From an uncultured virus (IMG/VR IMGVR_UViG_3300005461_000009) (taxonomy: Duplodnaviria > Heunggongvirae > Uroviricota > Caudoviricetes): DNA of 64,000 nucleotides. Positions 58,632 to 64,000 of the stretch are shown piece by piece (positions within the stretch are counted from its first letter, which is position 1; each line of letters opens with the position of its first letter). Below the pieces are notes generated by a model. The model did no database searches. It saw nothing but the letters and a program-made list of their open reading frames with translations, and was not told the DNA's origin. Position numbers and translations under genes: made by a program. The stretch lies in the IMG/VR virus record IMGVR_UViG_3300005461_000009; one strand, written 5' to 3'.

Positions 58632-58976
58632 CTATATCACTAATGCCAATGATCTTTGCAAATCTCTTATTTCTTTTTGAAGTCCTTCAGCAATACATTT
58701 TTTTATTTCTCCCAAATAATCATCTATGTTCTGTTCATTAGTCAAGAAGATAAAATATTCATATGAATTTGAACTCCAATGTTGCATTTTCCATTTTTCA
58801 AAGCAATCAAATGGGATATGATATCCAAAGCCGAACGTTTTAAACCCGTCTTCATAAACTGCGTCTACTTCACATTCACTTTTTCTTAAATCTTCTTTTC
58901 CTGCTTCGACCTCATATGTATATTTATATATTCTTCCACCATTTTCTATCCATTTGAGAAATTGTTCTTTATCCAT
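58632..58976 (-). CDS. Hypothetical protein
   Basis: GAGGA SD. Confidence 0.6.
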   Translation of the reverse strand: MDKEQFLKWIENGGRIYKYTYEVEAGKEDLRKSECEVDAVYEDGFKTFGFGYHIPFDCFEKWKMQHWSSNSYEYFIFLTNEQNIDDYLGEIKKCIAEGLQKEIRDLQRSLALVI

Positions 58977-59016
58977 TTATCCTCATCCCTTCCTTAAATA
59001 TCTAATTTCATCAATA

Positions 59017-59385
59017 TCATAAAACGGTTTCTTCTAAAACGCCTTCTCCATTTCTAAACCATATTACTTTACTTACTACTTTTTCCTCTTGAATTTTTTG
59101 AATTTCTAACTGAAGTTTTTCAATTTTCTGGTTATCATATTCAGAAAAAAGCATAATTACCTGATTGTCATTTCTCTGTAAAAGATAGCACATACCATTT
59201 ATTACTTTACCAATATTTTTTGCATCAATCCTGCTATGAAATCCACCTATATCTTGATTATAATATATACTATCATTGTTTATTCCACCATATTTTGCTT
59301 TTGATTTATCAAAAACTAATTCATTTCCCTTTTTTTTGTAAATAAATATCTCCATATTTTTTCCTTTCCCTCTTGAAACAATCAT
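59017..59385 (-). CDS. Hypothetical protein
   Basis: Likely ATG after AAAGGA; bracketed by N6 sites. Confidence 0.55.
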   Translation of the reverse strand: MIVSRGKGKNMEIFIYKKKGNELVFDKSKAKYGGINNDSIYYNQDIGGFHSRIDAKNIGKVINGMCYLLQRNDNQVIMLFSEYDNQKIEKLQLEIQKIQEEKVVSKVIWFRNGEGVLEETVL

Positions 59386-59589
59386 TTTATTTAATCTTCA
59401 ATTCCAAACATATCTAACAGTCTAACTTTTAAACTATTAATAATTTCTTGTTCCCTTTCCTCAAACAATCTATTATAACCCATTTCTGATTCTATAGCTT
59501 GATTTATTATCTCTTTTATTTCTTTCAGATTATACGTTTCATACATATTATTCATTATAATTCCTCCATTTTTCCATGAAATAATCCTT

Positions 59590-60639
59590 CTATTCGCTAC
59601 TACTTTCTTCCAAAAACTCCTCAAAATTTTCTAACAATATTTTCCCTCTCAGTTCAACCGCCTCTTCCGTAACTGCAACACGACCTTTTGAATATTCATT
59701 ATACTTGTTGTTAATAGATACAAATCTAGTTCCTGTTCCAAAAAACGTAATCAACCATTTTTCGACTAATTCAATATTTATATTTTCATGAATAGTTTTT
59801 TTCAATATAGACATTAAAGAAATTAAATGAACTTTTCCTAAAATCTTTTTGACAACCTTAAACTGTTCGGCATTCTGCAAAATCTTATAAACTTTTAGAA
59901 AAGCATCATATATTCTATTAATTTCTTCTACCTGATCCTTTGTAATTACTGTTTCCCGCATTACAGGACGTATATTTTTTGTTTCAAATGATTTTTTAGT
60001 GCCATATAACAATATCCATGTCTTAATTACAACATCTTCATTTGCATATGCAGCCAATGACTTTTCTGATAAAGCAACATTAAACATTTCATGTTTTGCA
60101 AGTTGACTAATTTCTATTTTAGAGATTGCATTTGCTCTTGTCAATTCTATTGCCGTCAGCGATTTTCCATTATTTAATCTACGGAACATTTCTTCGGCGT
60201 CTTCCTGATCCATATTTTCATAATAATAAATAGTCAGGTTATATGTTTTAATAGTGTCCCTTATATCTTCCGGAAGTTGAGAAAATGTCAATCCATTAAA
60301 ATCATGCTCAATTCCATCCTCATCTTCAAAGGAGGGAGTATTTACAAGCGGAAATTCATCATTCAAAAATTTTATAACAGTCGTTGTTCTTTGTTTTCCA
60401 TCAAGGAAATCATATGTTTTATTTTTGATATCTTCAAATATACAATTACAATACATTGCAGGAATTGGAAACCCTCTCATCATACTGTCTATCAATATAC
60501 TCATGCGATTGTCTTTAGAAGTATTTTTCCACACAAATGATCTCTGTACTGCGTTATCAAAAGATAAATTGCCCTTATCATACATCACCTTTAAATCTCT
60601 TGCCATTCTAGGAAAAGACTTTCTCTCATAAGTCTTCAT
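59590..60639 (-). CDS. DUF262/ParB-like domain protein (similar to 56520-57563)
   Basis: VQRSFVW, IPAMY, LDGKQR, F.RLNNG. Confidence 0.82.
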   Translation of the reverse strand: MKTYERKSFPRMARDLKVMYDKGNLSFDNAVQRSFVWKNTSKDNRMSILIDSMMRGFPIPAMYCNCIFEDIKNKTYDFLDGKQRTTTVIKFLNDEFPLVNTPSFEDEDGIEHDFNGLTFSQLPEDIRDTIKTYNLTIYYYENMDQEDAEEMFRRLNNGKSLTAIELTRANAISKIEISQLAKHEMFNVALSEKSLAAYANEDVVIKTWILLYGTKKSFETKNIRPVMRETVITKDQVEEINRIYDAFLKVYKILQNAEQFKVVKKILGKVHLISLMSILKKTIHENINIELVEKWLITFFGTGTRFVSINNKYNEYSKGRVAVTEEAVELRGKILLENFEEFLEESSSE

Positions 60640-60998
60640 ATTAATTCCTCCTAATATTATCAATTAAGCTGTTTTATATTTTCGTTTTTTATCTCGATGT
60701 TCTAAATGTCGTTTTTTAGATGTACGTTTCCATTCATCTATATACATAACATGTGTTCCATGCTCTAATTTTACTACAACCATATGTTTTCCATAACATA
60801 TAAAATCTAATATAATTTCTTTATCCATATTCTAAACTCCTATATTATAACATTTTTCCATAATTAAAGCCACCAGATAATTCCAGTGGCATTTAACCTT
60901 TGTTTTAATCAAGTAACCAAGCAATAATTAAAAAGATTATTCCTCCAAGTATTGACAATTATAACACCTCCTCATATTGTTGTCTTAAAATGCGAATT

Positions 60999-61253
60999 TT
61001 AAAGATAATCTAATAATTCACTTGCTAAATTTACTTTTCCTTGTGTAATTCCAACAAGTGCAGCATTTAACATATTCCTACTTGCTTGTTCACTTTCTTT
61101 TGCTCTTTCAAAAATTGAATTTTGATATTCTTTTTCAATCTTGCTAAGTCTATTATTTTCTTTTCTTAAATACCTGTTCTCTCTAACAATATCTGCCATT
61201 GTTAAAATTATGTCTTCTACCTCATATCTTTCCATGTCTTTTCCTCCAATCAC
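60999..61253 (-). CDS. Hypothetical coiled-coil protein
   Basis: GGAGG SD. Confidence 0.55.
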   Translation of the reverse strand: MIGGKDMERYEVEDIILTMADIVRENRYLRKENNRLSKIEKEYQNSIFERAKESEQASRNMLNAALVGITQGKVNLASELLDYL

Positions 61254-61313
61254 TCATTCTATTATTTAACTTCCGACACAAACAATTCTTTATTATATTT
61301 GTAATCTTCTCCG

Positions 61314-61559
61314 TCACTTAGATCTATTATATCTATAATAACTTCCAAACCACACATGGTTAGGTTTCAATATCGTTCCAATATTCTCTTTTACTTGACC
61401 ACTATCTTCAAATCCTCTTTTTTTCATACGTTGTGAATGTCCATTCTTTTCTTCTTCATTCCTATAATGATACTGTTCAATTTCTTCCACAAAAGTAGTA
61501 CAACTTCCATTTTCTTCATATTGATATGACTTTGTTATTATTTCTTTTACCAATACCAT
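61314..61559 (-). CDS. Hypothetical protein
   Basis: GGAGGG SD. Confidence 0.6.
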   Translation of the reverse strand: MVLVKEIITKSYQYEENGSCTTFVEEIEQYHYRNEEEKNGHSQRMKKRGFEDSGQVKENIGTILKPNHVWFGSYYRYNRSK

Positions 61560-61608
61560 TTATTCCCTCCAATTCTGTCTTGAAATACGAGATTCATTGT
61601 TCTAATTT

Positions 61609-61929
61609 CTATAAATATAATCCGATATCTTCAGAATATTTTAAATTGGCATTTTTTATATTGCTATAATATTTTGAAATATCAACTGATTCTCTGTCTT
61701 CCTCAACTTTATATTTTTCCAGTACATTCCAATAGGATAAATCCTCTATGCAATACACTTCATACTCAGGTGTATCCCACCAACAAAATCCAGACACTTG
61801 ACTACCAACAACTGGATGATAAACATGGGCAACTTTAGTATGTCCATGCATAGAATACGACACTAAATTTCCAATATCTAAAACTTTATTGTCTCCTTTC
61901 CTAGTCACAACATAACACGCCATACACAT
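61609..61929 (-). CDS. Hypothetical protein
   Basis: GGAAGG SD; bracketed by N6 sites 61581 and 61945. Confidence 0.6.
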   Translation of the reverse strand: MCMACYVVTRKGDNKVLDIGNLVSYSMHGHTKVAHVYHPVVGSQVSGFCWWDTPEYEVYCIEDLSYWNVLEKYKVEEDRESVDISKYYSNIKNANLKYSEDIGLYL

Positions 61930-62207
61930 ATACCTTCCTTTCGATGAAATTCCGATTTCATTGTTATTTTCTGTTCCAATTTCTGATTATACTTGTCACA
62001 TAATTAAGTTCCGTTTTCGATAGTTTATATTCTTCTTCCACTTCATTCCAATCTATACGTCCTAATCCTGAAAAATAAACTTTTTTAGCAATTTCCGTTA
62101 ATCTCTTATTCTTCATATTGTCCTCCATTCATTTTCGATAAAATCCTGATTTCCAGTCTTTAATCAACTAACTCAAACCCAAAGTGGTAAAATCTAGTGT
62201 CATGCTT

Positions 62208-62837
62208 TTAGGAATTTCCCTCTTTATCATTTATTAATTCTTTATCATTTATTAATTTAATAAGTAACTTGGCTTGTATCTGAAGTTCAGGCTCTTGTAT
62301 ACGTGGGATTAAAATTTCTGAAATAAATATAAAAGCATTACCATAATACCTTTTACACAAATCTCTAGCATTACATGCCTCAAGACTGTAATCATTATCA
62401 TTATAAAATTTTACAAGATTACTTGCGTAATTACGGGACATATCAAGGACATTATTCCAAAGCAATCTACATTTCGAACAATCATTTTCGCAATGTTTGC
62501 AAGCATTTTCTAACTTCTTCACAACATTTGCATGAAACAAAATTGATGAAAGATGCATTCCCAACATCGCATGAAATGAAGAATGGAAATTTGAATATTT
62601 CTTGTGATATTTAATCTGTAGATTCTCCTCAACTCCTGAAAACATGAATTGAGCAATTCCCTCCTCACAGGAGGAATTATTTAAGTTTACATGGCATTCT
62701 CTATGATTTCCATCCCAATAGTAATTACTGCATCTTGTACATTTCCCATATCCAATAATAAAGTTTACAAAATCACGCGCATCTGCACTTTTAAGTTTTT
62801 CTAAGAATATTTCTCTATTAGTCATAACAATCACCAA
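62208..62837 (-). CDS. Hypothetical Cys-rich protein
   Basis: GGAGG SD; several CxxC motifs. Confidence 0.6.
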   Translation of the reverse strand: MVIVMTNREIFLEKLKSADARDFVNFIIGYGKCTRCSNYYWDGNHRECHVNLNNSSCEEGIAQFMFSGVEENLQIKYHKKYSNFHSSFHAMLGMHLSSILFHANVVKKLENACKHCENDCSKCRLLWNNVLDMSRNYASNLVKFYNDNDYSLEACNARDLCKRYYGNAFIFISEILIPRIQEPELQIQAKLLIKLINDKELINDKEGNS

Positions 62838-62841
62838 CCTC

Positions 62842-63090
62842 CTAAATTTCCCATCTTTTTAATATTGCATAGCCTAATAACCTTCTATACATCCTGGCTT
62901 TTGTCATCCCATTAAATGCTCTATTTACTGGATGTGTTACGGATTCATATGGAAACAGCGCAAGCATAACTTCCCTTAAGGTTTTTCTTGTGTACATATT
63001 TAAAAAATTAGGATCTTCTATTTCCTTTTTAATCCTTTTTTCCATTTCCAACTGTTTTTTTCTTAATTCATCATTAACAACATTTTTCAT
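62842..63090 (-). CDS. Hypothetical protein
   Basis: AGGAG SD. Confidence 0.55.
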   Translation of the reverse strand: MKNVVNDELRKKQLEMEKRIKKEIEDPNFLNMYTRKTLREVMLALFPYESVTHPVNRAFNGMTKARMYRRLLGYAILKRWEI

Positions 63091-64000
63091 TTTTTATTCT
63101 CCTACCACATGCCTAATTTTTATCGACTAAACATAGATAAACCAAATTTTGTAGCCAGTGCTGCCATTGTAAGCAAACGTATATCAGTTTCATTTTTATT
63201 AATAATTCCAAGTTTTTTCAAAAATTCAACGCACTCATCTTTAGAACCACTAAAAATAACTTTATCTTCTTTTTCAATTTCTATCATTGTCTTTACCTCT
63301 CCTTTATTAGCAAATTATAATATTCCATGCTCAATTTCAAATTTTACTAGGTTTTCTACAGCTTCATCATATTCCCTTTCTGTTTCTAAATTTTTACGAT
63401 TAAAAATTATATAACCAGCCATTCTGGCTTTTTCTTTCAGATCTTCCCATATTATTTCTTCATTTTTTGTCATATTTTTTATCTCCTTTATGCAATATTA
63501 ATAATTTCCATTGTAAATTTCTTCATTATATACTTTTTGTGCATCATTTTTTATAAAAATAAAAGCATCGTTTTCACTTGCAAATGTATCATAACTTACA
63601 ATTTTCTTTTCGTGTATTGCGTAACAAATAACAATCTTCATTTTTATTCTCCTTTTAATTTAAAATCATTTTAACCTTATTTCGTTGCCTTTTATGGTTC
63701 AAAATCAAATTCAGACAATCCATGCTGCCATATAATCCATATCGCACCATTTTTCTTTTGGATATGTATTATAATCTTTTTCTTCCGTCCATCGTCCTAA
63801 ATTATCAACCATAACCATACCTCCATATATCTAATAATTATTTCTGACAAATTTTATCTTGTTTCTGATCACTCTCAAAAATCCTCCATTCTATGTACTT
63901 GAAACCATTGTTTCAAGACTTATACAGTTCTGCTTCTCGTTTCCATGTTTCTTTATCTACAATCTGGTTAATTCTCCATTCAATAGACATTCCATTATTA

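Larger units (their letters stand above)
12721..63915. repeat. Dispersed family of about 38 TRAAA-N6-WTTYA palindromic sites at gene junctions
   Basis: Site starts: 12721,14059,14507,15267,16580,17193,18761,20850,22914,23189,23593,24616,25865,31081,34321,37146,38103,38467,38792,39268,42640,42879,47911,49545,50041,50305,51282,52742,53122,53858,55827,58995,59374,59577,60986,61581,61945,63900; eight are the perfect TGAAA-N6-TTTCA. Confidence 0.85.

Noticed and set aside
13800..63675. Weaker junction motifs at about 13800, 26939, 56461-56505, 62139 and 63661
   Set aside because: Wrong core length or poor arm match; not counted among the 38 sites
12721..63915. N6 palindromes as a CRISPR array, classical attC sites or rho-independent terminators
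   Set aside because: Spacing is gene-sized and irregular; no GTTRRRY/RYYYAAC boxes or long hairpins; 5-bp A/T stems are too weak for terminators
1..64000. Second DGR target/VR, rRNA, CRISPR array, virion structural genes
   Set aside because: None seen by eye in this window; a remote VR elsewhere in the genome cannot be excluded

Overview
AT-rich 64 kb segment of a large, SPbeta-like temperate phage or prophage of a Bacillota host (Clostridia/Lachnospiraceae-like, inferred). Almost all genes lie on the minus strand. From 1 to 10.4 kb is a complete-looking replication operon (SSB-like protein, AAA ATPase, helicase, primase, RecJ-like DHH nuclease and DnaE, the last running off the window). The rest is an accessory/early region. 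It holds a NACHT NTPase, several DNA methyltransferases, three radical-SAM genes, a retron-type RT locus, a complete DGR (target-avd-TR-RT), a sigma-like factor, a tRNA(CAU), MazF, Fic, YefM-YoeB, an intact tyrosine recombinase, DUF262/ParB-like proteins and many small hypothetical genes. The most striking unexplained structures are: (1) about 38 copies of a TRAAA-N6-WTTYA palindrome, each with a different 6-nt core, sitting at gene junctions like cassette boundaries in the same window as a tyrosine recombinase; (2) six palindrome-bearing leaders that displace the Shine-Dalgarno sequence, found in front of SAM-dependent/DNA-modification genes; (3) two radical-SAM clusters whose neighbours share an N-terminal F-x-TNSSS motif; (4) a circularly permuted C5 methyltransferase with a textbook -1 frameshift signal. 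All calls come from reading motifs by eye; no database searches were run.
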